A DNA stretch of 64,000 bases, taken from positions 682,001-746,000 of the forward strand of contig CAJFCJ010000014.1 of the NCBI GenBank assembly GCA_904063045.1. The letters are read 5' to 3'. The translations under genes and the position numbers were made by a program. Positions 13,901 to 27,500 of this stretch are shown in pieces. Source of the DNA: Dimorphilus gyrociliatus. Its lineage: Eukaryota > Animalia > Annelida. Numbering within the stretch: position 1 is the first letter of the stretch; the number at the start of each line of letters is the position of its first letter. Below the pieces are notes generated by a model, which made no database searches, was not told the origin of the DNA, and saw only the letters and a list, made by a program, of their open reading frames with translations.

Positions 13901-16900
13901 CATATTGTAGAGCGGCAGAGCAAATATATCTTCCCTTTTCGCTAGAGGTGCCGTGTTTTTATGCCAAATGTGACGTCCAATCCATAATGTTGATATCCAT
14001 GCCACCAAAATGAATATGATAACAAGAGCAGTCTGCAAGCCTGTCATGTCGAAGTTTGTAAGTTTGATTTCGAATGAACCGCTTGATATAGCAGGAATGT
14101 ATCCATTGGTTTGCAGAATTACAAATACAACGAGTAACGGAGTAGCTATAGTTACAGGTACCGAATAAGAGACGTATTGCATTTTCGTCTTAATGGCCAA
14201 AGATCCTGTATAATAAGCTAGAGCTGCTCCAATACCCATTGATATTGCAGGTGTCCAAAATATTTCAACGTACGTCTTCGTATCAGCGAAAGGATGGAAG
14301 CTGAAGGATTTTACAATGCCAGGTCCCGTAAATTCAAACAAGATCCCAAAAGAAATCACAAAAGTAATGTGGCAAAGACATAACACCATATTGGAGATAT
14401 TTCTTTTAATTATAAGAGCACCACGTAGAGGGTCAAAAAAATCTACAAAGTTCTCCCATATTTTAAAAGAACAAAATAGTAGTGACACCAAAGGCATCCA
14501 TATATTAGCTAGATTGTCTGCATCCACAGCGAAATCTAATTGTAGACCAATAGATATCAATGGAAAAATAGTGCATAGTAATTGTCCCATAAATGCCAAT
14601 ATGTCAAAAGCCTTATAAATTTTAACACGTAAATTAACTCTGTTATTATCACCATCATTATGTAATTGAGGCGATTGAGAGTTTTTGCTGCATTTCAGAA
14701 TCGGTAAAATTTTTAGAAAGGATGGAAAAAGTGAAACCGAATATAAAAGTCCTATACCAGATAAACTGCTAAAGATTGGTAGTATCCTAGTTGCTAACAG
14801 AACTTGACCAACAGCATCCAACAGTTCCAAACAGACAAGGAAAAGTAAAACTTTAATTTTCGGTCTGCTCTTATCTCCAAAAAGAAAAAATGCGAAGCTT
14901 ATTAAGCCAGAAAAAAATGGAGGAATGCATAAGAATAATAGCAGCTGAGACCAAGTTCTTTCGTATTCAATTTTAGCTTCGTCAGAGGCAATAGAGTCAT
15001 TTATGAGTTTTAAGTTTTTATTCAAATTGGAAGTCATCCATAGTAATCCCAGACTGCTCCAGATAATTCCACCTAATGTACAAATAAATAAAAGAACATA
15101 CATAACTACTTTGAGTCCTTTTAGCGCAATATTAAAGTTTTCACTAGCTGAGGTTCGTTCAGACTGTATTATGTCCGCTTTGTCCCATGGGCTATATAAA
15201 TAGATACAAAAGTTATAATGTATATACTATATAATGTAACATACAGTTTTTCATTCTTCGCTTCACATTCATCTTTTGACGTATTTGCTAACGTTGGCTC
15301 AGCTATATTATTCAATTTATCCAGCATTGATTCAGTTTCTTCATCTATTCTATCTCTGTTGTCAATGTTTCTCGCGTTTCTTGCTCTCTTAGTTCTCCTC
15401 CTAAAAGATGAACGCTTCTTTGCAACTATTAGTCTGTTTAAAAATAAATGGTAATGTGATCGTTAAATCGGAAGATACGAAGCAAAAAAGAGATCATACC
15501 TTGTCTGTTCAGTCGTTTTACGATTAGTTAATCTTCTGGATATCAAGTGCGTAGTTCTACTCGATGGCCCATTTCTCCTTTCATAGCTGTGCAAAAGGGT
15601 CTCCAAAATTGTATATGCAGAAGTTTGCAAATAAACTCTCTTCCTTCCTAACCAGTAGTCGTTTTTATCTAATTCTCCTCTTTGCTCTAAGTAGCTCATA
15701 CAATCTTTTGTGAAAGCTTTTTCATCTTTTCCAGAATTCTCAAAATTTTCAGCTAACTCTTCTTCCATGTGATGATACCTTTTGCTAAAGTTAATAAAGC
15801 TAAAGCTAATAGGACATATCTGTTGATACAATTTATCAATATCCCTTATTAAACTATCTTTCAATTGACGATCTACTACTCCTTCATCATACATCTCTGA
15901 TTCGCCTGTATCATTTGTTTTTATACATTTGACAAAGTATGGATTTGAAATTTTTAACAGTTTCATTATTTCTGCTATTGAATTACTGAATTGATTGCCA
16001 ATAGTTAGATTGTTATCATTATCATTCTCGCTTGAGTATTTCAGTATGCTTTTTCCCATTGGTGCCAAAGACAATTTACCGGTATTGGAAACTTCCATTT
16101 TCATACTACGTATATTCTCAATTTTGATATTACCAGTATCTTCAATAGGAACTGTAAAAATATCTTGTATAAAGGGATTATTAGATTCTTCGAATATTCC
16201 CTTTATCGTCCTACATTTGTAATCAACGTTTTTGAGGAGGTATCCTTCCGCATCGTAAAGTACCTCTCCAAAATGATGTAAGATTGTAAATGACGTTTTA
16301 ACTGGCCTTTTAACTGTAAAATAATTTTGACGGGGAAAAGCACTAGCTTTCGAGATCATTTGACGAATAAGATCATAATCATCTTTCAATCCTTGATCAT
16401 GGTTATTCACTATAAGCCAAAACATTTGCAGCAAATGTAAAGCTTTCAGTTTGCCATCGACAATTCTTTCACTTGGATTATATATCTCTCTGTCTTCTTC
16501 ATATTGACGTTTCTTATCTTCTATAAGGCTTTCAGTATAGAACGAATGAAGTTCTTCGTTCAGAGAATTACATATCAATTGTTCAAATCCATTTTTTTCT
16601 CCTTTTCCATCTCTGCTAGGTAAATTGAATAGTGAAATCATATTTGGACGAGTTTCCGTCAATTTCCCAGAAATCTTTTCTATTAAGTCTTCTTCCATTG
16701 CCATAACTGAATTTACCCTATTAACTATCCAATCAAATAGACTGCAATATATTGTTTTGGCTAAGGAGTCTCTGCTATATTCGGCCATTTCTAATGTATT
16801 TTTGAAAAATAGAGATGGATTATGGAGAGAAATATCAGCCAAGAGAACTTTGCGAAGCATTGCTATTGAAATTCCTAAAAGATTGGCCGCATTCCTAAAG

Positions 16901-18265
16901 TATTTATTATTGCAAACCGTTAAATCGCTGCTACCATTTTTGTTTTTCATTTCAAATTTAATATTTGTCAGATTTAATACGGCGGAGATCATCGCAAAGA
17001 TTGTTCCCTTATCCTGAAAGAATATAAAAAAAAGTACAGTAGAGCAATGCAGTATTATTTAATATGGATTAAAAGAGACAAGATATCTTTACATCATCGT
17101 CCAAATTCAGGATTTTCATTGTTTCTATTAAATGGTTAAATTTGCCTTTAAGAAATTTCTCCTCCTCTGTGCTTAACGTTTGAGGCTGATCTTCAAAATT
17201 TTGAAGAATCCTTTAGAAATGGAATAATTAGAAAAAAAGGGGGGATTAGAAAGCTGTAATACTTATTGTTGCAATTGATAAAGACATTTTCCTCACCTAT
17301 AGTTTTTAATTTCTTCTAAGTGAAAATTTTCTTTTTCCTCATCACTTAATCCTGCCAGGATCCAATAGAAGATGTGAAAGTTAAAATGACCCTCTTCCCT
17401 CTCGATCAATCGTGACTTTTCAAGAAGGTACACATTCAGAAATGATCCCTTAATTAATCCTTCTCCATCGACGAAAACATTAAACATTTTCGTAAATCTA
17501 GTGGAATTTTTATTCTTAGGTGTCTTAGCAGTACCAAAAACATCAACTAATTCATTAGCTTTTAACATTAATTGCCTTAAATTTCTAGTTTGACGGATGT
17601 TTCTAAAATCCTGCTTAGATGCAATATAGTTTAACTGATTGATTATTTTCTGAAAAATTTCGCCTTTGCCAGAGCCGGATTCCCCAGAAATAACAATTGA
17701 TTGATTCTCTTTGCTCTCCAATAGAGTTTTTAAGGATCTTGCTACAATAAGATTGATATGGTCTGGTTCACGTTCAAAATTGCCGCCAATCAAATAACGA
17801 TCATCATTATTCTAATAGAGGAAACAAGGGATAAATTTATGAAAAAATGTAAATATTTATTATGTCAATCAATTGATTTGGAATAGTTTTACCTCTTTAA
17901 ATTCGATATCAATGAATGGATTCGTAAAAATAAGAAGGTCGTTTAGGCATTCCTGAAAGAACATTTATTATAAAAGGATCTATTTCTTATACAGAGAATT
18001 TTGTTTAGTCCAATTCACTTCCGCAATAAAGTAACGAAGTATTTAAAAAGTGAAAATAAGAAAGGAAGAGTAGAGGATAAAGAAGAAAGGAAAAGAAGAA
18101 GAAAAAGAAGAAAGGAATAGGTATTAAAAAATATTAATTATACATAGATACATAGTCATATTATAAATAATACTATTATAAGCTTACATAATAATTGCCA
18201 TCTTGAAAATTTTGAGCCAGCCTATTGTTAATATCCCTTTCTTCGTATCCCAAACTTTGCGACAT
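10985..18265 (-). CDS. Chitin synthase with N-terminal myosin motor domain
   Basis: Exons 18265-18188, 17952-17893, 17811-17297, ~17210-17091, ~17013-15500, 15433-15245, 15191-13465, 13404-10985. Myosin: LLIFTNPF, QSIVISGESGSGK, YLLEKSR, FHIFYWILAGL, LAKTIYCSLFDWIVNRVN, FTILHHFGEVLYDAEGYLLKN, PYFVKCIKTN. GT2 synthase: ACATMWHE, HILFDDA, LALDGDVDF, CSPGCFSLFR, DQGEDRWLCTLL, QRRRW, SWGTRE. Confidence 0.96.
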
Positions 18266-21235
18266 ATTTATCTTGGTTTTGTCTTATTAAAATACTAATA
18301 AAGTAGTTATTTCTTTCATCATAAACAGTAGCTTTAACGATATAGAAAAGGAAGAATATTTCGTAAAGTTACCGCGAAGAGTGCTTGAATAGACACATTT
18401 TCTATATAAAAGGGTGTTGGTAAGCCTAGTTGTCATTTTAATAGAATTAGGTTGATAGGATATACAGTATACCATATATTTAAACACGATTATGTCGTAT
18501 AAACATATTAGAAAGATCAATAACACAGATTTACTATATTACTTGTATTATTAATTAAAAGATAATTATACTATCCTTTCTCTTCTTATGTAAAGAGCTT
18601 TGTTAAATTCTTTCTCTTTTTCGAAAATATATTATATATTAGTATATAGAATTCCCCCTCCTCTCTCTCCCGGCATGCAATCTATGATAATAGACAAAAC
18701 TTTTCTTTAACCTTCCTGATCTAGAATTTTTAATGTGAACAGCAAACCCTCTTTCTAATGCTCGGTAAAGAATACAAACTGAAGGATATTTATCCCACAA
18801 GATTTAATTCGCTTGAGTGACGCGCAGAACGAAAGATAATTGATGTCTAATAACGCTATTGTCAAGCTATTTCAAATGTATTTCATCTCATTTTCCTTTC
18901 ATTTCTATGCAATAATATATTTTTTAATCAAATATTTAAGAGAAAAGGAAGAAAAAATATAATATTTTTTTACAAGTAATGAACGATAATAGGTTAATTA
19001 AATATATTTCATATAATTTTAAGAATATTAAATAAAATATTCATATTGAAAATTGCCCTTTTTAACCAAACCGAAACTAAAAATAAGCTTTCAGACTAAT
19101 AAATGTATTTCCCGCTTGAAAGAGTGATTTTAAACGATTAGTTATGGTAAATGTTCTTCATGTTGAGGGATTAGTAATTAACAATTCATTTTCATTAATT
19201 AAATATCAATATACAGTATAGTACTAGAGCTGCATAGTTTTTATATATATAAATAGATTATTTCACTTAATTACTAATTGGATAAAAGTTTAATTAACGA
19301 TAAAAAATCTTTACTTTTTATCTAAAAAAGCTTTTAAAACATTGTAAATTCAAGTTTCGTTTTTCAATAAACCAAAATCGATGTGAGAATAATTAGCTTC
19401 TTTTTTTTTTGAAGCTATTAACAAAGCTATTTATAGATTATCTACTTAGCATATAAAGTGGAAACGTATAAGGGAGGGGAGGGCGCCCTTGTATGGAAAA
19501 ACGAGAAGGGAAGAGAGACAGAAAAAAAGAAAGATAGAGGGAGGGAGAGAGGGAGAAAGAAAAAGAGGCAATAATAATAGTTTTTTCAATATCCAGCCTA
19601 GGGAATTGAAGTGATAATATACGATATTAATGAGAAATTAATTGCCCTGGTGAATTATTGATTTTAAACTTATGAAAGAAATCAGCATTCACAATTTAAA
19701 TCATTTCTATAGTTCGATATAATATATCAATAGGGAGAGGTAAGAGGGAATAAGAGAGAAGGGAAAATGTAATTCACGTAGAGCTTTTCTAAGATTGTTA
19801 TCTATTTACTCGAGTCATTTTCCCAAAGTAATTAGAAAGGGCATTAAATATATCTCATTCAAAAATTGTTCTCCTCCCGTAGTAGAAATATATGGAGAGA
19901 GAGAGAGAGAGAAAGGAAGGGAAAAAATTGGAAAGAAAAAGAAATATAGAACGAGTCTGCATAGATAGACTAGGACATAGATAGGCAGACGCACATACAC
20001 TAAGATACTCCAATATATATTTTTTTTTTACTTCCTCTCTAAAGAATATAATAGTTGTAGGCTCAATTATGTCATAATCCTACACTAAGGAAGATAGAAG
20101 AGGTGAAAGTATGACATGTAACACTTCTTTTTAACCAGCTAATTTATATGTATGAAAAGTGTAAGATGTGGGTGGATTTAAGGATAGGGGGAGGAGACAA
20201 TAAAGGTGTCGTTGTTCTCCTATAATTATATACAAGCCTCTTCCACCGTTACGTTCGATTGTGTAAGGGGGTCTGTAAAAAAAGAAAAAAAAAAGAAAAA
20301 GTTGCCTAATAACGCCATCTAGCGAAACAAAATAAAAGACTTTTAAATGTATATGAATCAAATATAAGATATCAAGTATTTTATTTATGAATATATAAAT
20401 ATATATTTGTAACATTTATTATGATATCTTATATAATATATCACATTTCTGCAACAATCTTTCTCTATCTTTCCATATCTCTCTCACACCCTTTCCCTCT
20501 CTCTCTCTCCCTCTCTCTCTCTTACTTCGTCAACTTTTATAGTTTTAACTTGTATTTGACTTTTTTCCCAATCGTACATAAGCGAAACATAAGGATTAGA
20601 CAAAAATATTATCAACTACATTATGCTATAAAGTCTATACAGCAAGAAAATAAATAGTATTCAGGACAAAATAACCTTTATTACGTAATCCTTAATCCTT
20701 CTTTTATAATTTCCCATTATTTAGAAATAACAATAACGAAAGCAGAAGAAAAAACAAAACACTATACAGTATATTTGTATATATATATGTAGACAGTATA
20801 TACAATTAGTGGACATACAATTTTAAAATAAACATTATTTTCGAAGGCCTATTTATTCCTTTAATAAACTTATATATGTCGTACAATAACTCATCAAGCT
20901 TTCTATTAAAAGTTTAATAATAGGCTTAATTTAAATCCTCTATGTGTAACTACGATATATAAATATACAGTATATAGATATATATATATAGTATTTTTTG
21001 AGAGAGTATTATTTAGACCATATGGAAGGTAACTTTTTCATGATTTTGTTTTTTATATAAACAGATTTTTGCAAATAGAATAGAATATAAAGATTAAAAA
21101 TTGAAAAAAGTAGGCCTATAGTTTATCTATTCTTCTTCCCTCCCTTTCAGTATTATCGTATTTTTTCTCTCCCTCTCTCTCCTTGACCCATTCGTTTTTA
21201 TTCTATTCAATTGATTCCACAACTTGCCTTTTTTG

Positions 21236-21281
21236 TATATATATATATATATATATATATATTAGTATATATATATATATA
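21236..21281. repeat. Interrupted (TA)n microsatellite
   Basis: Directly visible TA run with one short interruption. Confidence 0.85.
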
Positions 21282-22026
21282 CAGGTGTCAGTTTAATAGT
21301 TTTATTTGTATATTTTATAATCTATTGAAAATAACAATAACCAACTAGTTATTAGACTTTTTACAAGGGGTAATATAACTAATTTAAAACTGTTGACGAA
21401 TACTCCATCTATCGTTGGAAAATATATAGATATATATATCTATATATACAGTATATAGATATCTTTCCTTTTCTCTATTATTGCATATATTTATTGAATG
21501 ACTCCAATACTCTAATAAATCTAACACTCAAACGCCAATTAGGTCTAAATAAAGTGACTTTGAATTATAGTATGAATGGAAAAATGGTATAAACGATATG
21601 AAAAAGTCTAAAGAGATAAATAGGGATATAAAAGTAATAATTTACTCGTAAAAACTTTTTATCTAATATTTCTTAAACTCTTTCCCCTTTATCTCTCTCT
21701 TTCTCTCTCTCTCTCTCTCTTTCTTCTGACAGTCGAATATTCCCATTTCAATTTGACAAATATCTTTATTGCATTTAATAAGGCGGGAAGGTAAAATACT
21801 GAGAAAAGGTTAAAAAAAATCAAATCAAATCACTATCGTTTTATTTTTATAACTGATAAGAATCTCTTTTATTTTCAGAGTAATTACTGAATAGAAGAAT
21901 CAAGAATGAAAATCTTTTAGGCGATTTGTAAAACTGTCTTAAGTTTGAATAGAAAGGGGTTGAACCAGGGGTACTCAGAGATGTTTATCTCTCCACCTTT
22001 TTTCGGATTTTTTTTTTAAATAAATA

Positions 22027-22041
22027 GAGCGCCATCTACTG
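22027..22041 (-). promoter_or_regulatory. CTCF-like motif
   Basis: Minus strand CAGTAGATGGCGCTC resembles the CTCF core CCASYAGRKGGCRS. Related copies at 5502, 20311, 28383, 33512 and 39953. Confidence 0.45.
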
Positions 22042-24357
22042 AATAGTTTTGGGCGTGGTAAAAGTTTTTTATTTTCTTTTTTTCTCTCTCTTACTTGGTT
22101 TAATCCAGCACCTCAGCTTTACGTCTATTTACCCCTATTTACCCTCAATTCTTTTCGCCCTGTTTTTTACCGCCCCCTTTTCTCCCTTCCTCTTTCTTTC
22201 AACGATAATGAGTTCGACTATCCGTATCCTGGATATTTATTAATTCCAGTAGGCAGGTTCTAGCAATTTGGCCGACGTTCGTATCCGAGCAGTTTGTAAC
22301 TTTCTGATTATAAATAGGCGATAAAATTTGATTAAATAGAGTCAGAATCATTCTTGAAATATCAACATAATTTGATAGCCTTCTGTTAATAGATATGTTA
22401 TGGATGGAAAGAAAGCGGGGAAAGGGCGGAGAGTGGAAAAGAGAAGGTTAGGTAAGAAAGAGTAAGAGAGAGAGATATAGAGATAGGAATAGGGAGGGGA
22501 GAGGGGAAAAACTAGAAAGAAAAAGGGGAAGGAGGCAAAGGGTGAAAAAAGTGAAGGGATACATCTTCAATCACCCAGGGTGAGTTTATTGTAAATTTAA
22601 CCCAAATAAATAAGATTGCCGTAGTACCCTGGTATCAGAAAATAAACTTTATTAGCACGTCCGAATCAACAGGTTAGCGTCTTAGCGGGTTCTTTTTTAT
22701 TATTATTATTATTATTTACATTACTCACAACCCTTTTTTTTTTTCTTCTAAAGAGTACCCTATCTTCCCATATTACTAAGTCTTCGTTCGCTTGATTAAT
22801 TTTGTCAGCTGGATATTAGGTTCTAGTCTGAAGAACAATTTCCTCTTCAAAACTTTTCTAGTTGTAAAAGTTCAAAATCTTTAAAAAAAATAAAAAATAA
22901 AGCTTAAAAAACCTAACCCCCACACGGAGAGCAGTCTCTCTTCAAAATGTCGAGTAGGTTTTAAAGACGTAACTGACCTTAACTAGGCTTAATGTAAAAG
23001 AAGAAGAAATCTCTTAATTAAGACCATTTCTATTGAAAATGCACAAACATTTATGAGATTATTAAAGTATGAAATGAGCTATTATTAAACATACTTAAAC
23101 AGAGCAAAAAAATCGTAGTGTCAACAAGATAAAAACGTTTAGATAAGCAGAAGGACAAAGTTAAAAAAAAATGCGGTTAGGAAAACTATTCGTGGCACTC
23201 CTAAAAACACGCCGCCCACTTTGCTCTCTTTCTCTCTCTCTCTCTCTCTCTTTTACTTACTCTACAACTCTCTAGCTTTCTTGTACTAGACTAAATCCCT
23301 AGCAATTATAGGCCTAAAGAGCGACGAAAAGTTTTTTCTTTCGCATCCGATTACACGTGACTAACAATGCTTCAAAGGAATTAAGTAATAAAAACAACTA
23401 TTGAGTAATACCTTTAAACAAAAATCCTTTGAGGATTAAACAATCCAAAGAATCTATTAAATTCTCCTTGTTATTTTCTTTATTTTAAGTCTTTTTTATT
23501 CATTTTTTAAGTATAAATATATATATATACACACAATCGGTGAGATCAAACGTTGCAAGAGTTTTCCATATATATAAATATATTAATATATGCATAAAAT
23601 CTATTTGCATATATAATATATTCTATATATATATATAACATTGAGGAAATGAAAGAATTTAGATTATATATAAAATAACTATTACGTTATTCATATTTAT
23701 AGATTCATTGTTTATATATATATATATCTATATATATGTAATAAATCAGCAAGAAATTAGTGTGAACGAGAGTATCTACGAACACATTCAACAAAAAAAA
23801 ACTGAATAGAACAAAGTAATATCTTCTTTTCTAGTTTTCCATCCAACAAAAAAATAATAAACGAACAAAAATAAACAGGTAAAACATTTTTTTTTTAAAA
23901 AAAATGGCAAACAAATTATTCATTTTCTTTTCTTTCTTTCGTTTGTTTGTTTGTTTGTTTGTTTGCGTTAAAGAGAGAGAGAGAGAGAGAGATTTCCCTT
24001 TTCTTTTCTTTGTTTTTTAAAAAAAAATCACAAGATTTTTGGCAATCATTAAAATATTCCTATCCGTAAGTAATATCAGTTGGTTAGCTAATCTTCTTTT
24101 ATCTGTTCATCATCTTTGTCTTTTCTATATCCGCCTTTGTGTTTTTCCCACATAGATAGAGAGATGTTTTGTTTGTTTTTATAATTTTAAATACAAAAAA
24201 TTAATACAAACGAATAAAATAATAATAAAACAAAAGGAGAGACTAGTTTTTTGGTTGCTTTTTTTCCCTCGAAAACTAAAGAAACAAAAATGTTTTTGTA
24301 ATGAGATTGTCCATAAATTTTGAGTGGAAGAGCAGTATACAATGAGAGAAGGAGAGA

Positions 24358-24359
<2 letters not shown>

Positions 24360-24392
<33 letters not shown>
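24360..24392. repeat. (GA)n microsatellite
   Basis: Pure GA run. Confidence 0.9.
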
Positions 24393-24399
<7 letters not shown>

Positions 24400-24545
24400 T
24401 TAGGGAGAAGATGTAAAATGGAGTGAGTACAAGTCTTTTGTGGAGTGACTTGTAAAAGGAAGAGGTCTTCTTTTTCTTCTCTTTCTCTTTCCAAGTTTGT
24501 CTTTCAGCAAGTTTTCTGGTTTATTTATACAGAGTCGTCTTACGT

Positions 24546-27500
24546 CTAAACGTGAGAATGAGGAGATTGATTAGACGGAGCGGTTATAGGCTGAAAACCG
24601 TTCGAGGAGGACGATTTAAAAACTTCTGGTATGGGTATTTTCGAAGAATTACCACCTGCGATAAAAAAGATAAGTAGATAAAAAATGGTATTAGATTGCA
24701 ATTAGCGTCGGTTTTAATTACATACCATGAAAAGGGATAGGATAATCGGGCTGAATACGACTACAGCTGGTGAAACTGTTAGCGTCCTGAGCCTGTTGAG
24801 GTGATGAATGAGGAGTTGCAGATCTGGATGTGTAAGTCGAACAGCTCGAACATTTTGTACTCGTAGAAGCATAATATTCGGAGTGGGGTGACGGGTGGCT
24901 AGGTGGTTGCGACGGACAATTCGACTCCAAGTCTTTTTTATCCTTTCCTTTCATCTTATATACGCAAACTACCGTGACAACAACGGCTATAGTTACCACG
25001 ATTACTGTCAAGCAGATGATCAAAGTCAGTTGTATCTCGTCACTGAACTTGGGGGATTCGGGGTTTGATGGCGGGGTAGATAAAGTTGTTGAAGGGAAAT
25101 ACTGATTCCCTTTAGTAGTCCTTGTCAACCTTTCAGTTCGTGGTAATGTAGGACTAGCTGTTGAACACAACAAAAAGCATGATAATTTGAATGTATTCTT
25201 TAGATTGCATTTTCATTTAACAGAAAAATGACTACGTGATGAGCATGAAAAGAGAATACCCGCATAATATTTGCATTATTGCGTCCTTCTAAAATGAAGG
25301 TATGAAAGGGCGCCAGCGGGCATTAAAATGTTACCCGATCAGGGACCATTCATACTCCCCAGGGAGTGATAAAATGCCATATACCCGGATAACAGATATC
25401 TTGGGTGCTAATTGTATGTTTATCCTCCTACGCCTCATAGCCAGTTCAAGCTTTTTCGCATTCCACAATTACGTCGTTCAAATAGCTTTGTTGGCTGTTC
25501 AAACAAAAGATCTATTCGGCCCGCCGAAGGGTAAGGGGAGTTGTTTTTGGGTTATTTTTCTAAAGCACTCCTATCAATTTCTATTTTGGTTGTTTTATAT
25601 AAGAAAGAATTCATTTGGGATTTTAGAGCTGGCAACAGGGTAAAAAAACTAAAACTTTTACTCTAGCCTTTTATCAATACCGCCCTACCCCCTACCCTTC
25701 ACCCTCCCCCCTTTCCTTCTCCCCTCATATTCTAATTCACCGGAAGCTGATGCACGAAACATCTGCTCAAGAGAGAACGGCAACTTGAATACACGTAGGA
25801 TATCGAATATCGGTGCCCGATATACTCTCAACTCCTCCCTTCTTTTTGATAAGAGAAATATTTTCTATTAAAAAACCGCCAATGAGGGTACTTCGATTAT
25901 ATCCTATAGTTGTAAGTATGAAAAAACTGAATGGAGCCAAAAGATTGAATTTTATCTACAAACTTATTCAACTAAGAGTTCTTTCAAGAAAGGATAAACG
26001 AATTTGAAATGCGGGTATTGGGGAGAGTTGAGAACATTGAAATAAAATATTAATTTACTTACCAGTTGAATGTTGAACTTTAACGTAGAATTCTATCCTC
26101 TTATCCGGTTCTGATAGTAATTCAAATCTATATAGACCAGTGTCGCTTTCTTTGATGCTCTTTAGTGAAAGTGTGACCTTTTGACTAGATATGGATAAAG
26201 TTATTCTATCGTCGATTTGAGGTCCGTTAGTGATTCCTCCATTTCGGACGATAAAAAGCACACTTTTAACTTCGCCTCTTTCATGCCAGACTACGAAGTT
26301 CTGATGATAAAGGTCTTTAGGTGGTTCTAATATTAGTTCAGCACCCAATATTGCTGTATAAGTCTCCCGGCAATTCACCCCTGAAATAAAAACAAAATTT
26401 TACATTCTTAAGCCTATATATCTTTCTAAACTGTTATCTTTCCTACTCAAAGTTTGCCTAGCAAACGAGGGCGGCCGGTGCAAATTGGTTAGAAACCACA
26501 TTCACATATACATTTTTTGCCAGATATATAATATTTAAAGGAAAACGGGAAAAAGATAATAAACAATTCTTAACACTTTATATCACCTCTATAACCTTTG
26601 TTCTACGTTCATAAACGCCCCACCCATCGGATCGTCTAACCCCCCCTCCCTCTCTCCTTTCCCCTGTAGAACTGGCTGATAGAAAAGAATCCCACCCATT
26701 TGTAAATCCACTAGATTTTACCTTTCTAACAAGATTAACGAACCAAGCGCATCGAATCGCATTATGAAAGAAAAAAAAGAGAGAATATAAACGATTTCAT
26801 ACACAACACCTGGGCGGTAGGTTTTCTTTTTCCCTTCTTTAAATATATAACGCAGGTGTATAGTGCCACTCTCCTAAAACACTTGACACTGTGGGTGCAA
26901 AGGCGGACGAAGGTTTAATGGAGACGAAAGGGGGGGTGTGCTTAGCAAGAGGGGTGAAGTAGACAGAACGGGGTAGAGAGAGAAAGATAGATAGATACGT
27001 ATTCATATATATTCAATGTTAAAAGTACACAAAGCTTTTATCTAATCTCTTCATTCTAATTACATCTGACAACAAAACCCTTTCTGTGTTTTATTTAGGT
27101 ATAAACGCAATAAAATGAAATTTAAGAAGAAATAAAAGAAGAAGAAAACTAAAGCGGGAAAACGTTAATAAAGAAGAAAAAGTTAAAAGGTAACGTTTTT
27201 CCTTTTTATCCCTTTACTCTCTCTTTCTATCTCTCTTTTTTTTCTTCAAGTATGATTTATGGCCCTCTGAATAATAGGGCTTGTGAAAAATGAGTTAAAC
27301 ATGTCGATGGGTTTATAGTATTAAATAATTGCCTCCGTTTCTGGAGAAATCTTGTTTTTCCTATAGTTTTTATGCTGTACAGTATAAAGTTTTATCTCAT
27401 TTGATAGGCAACAGACCAACCCAACACGCACACACATTTATATATATATATATATGAAACTCCTTGTTTTTTTTACAGTTCTTGTTAGCTAGTTTGGTTA

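Noticed and set aside
12861-17017. Plus-strand ORFs over the chitin synthase; likewise those over AFF, SLCO, DHX35 and TMEM237
   Set aside because: Antisense shadows of real coding exons.
25302-25643. 113-aa plus-strand ORF inside the IgV gene intron
   Set aside because: No motif and random-looking composition.
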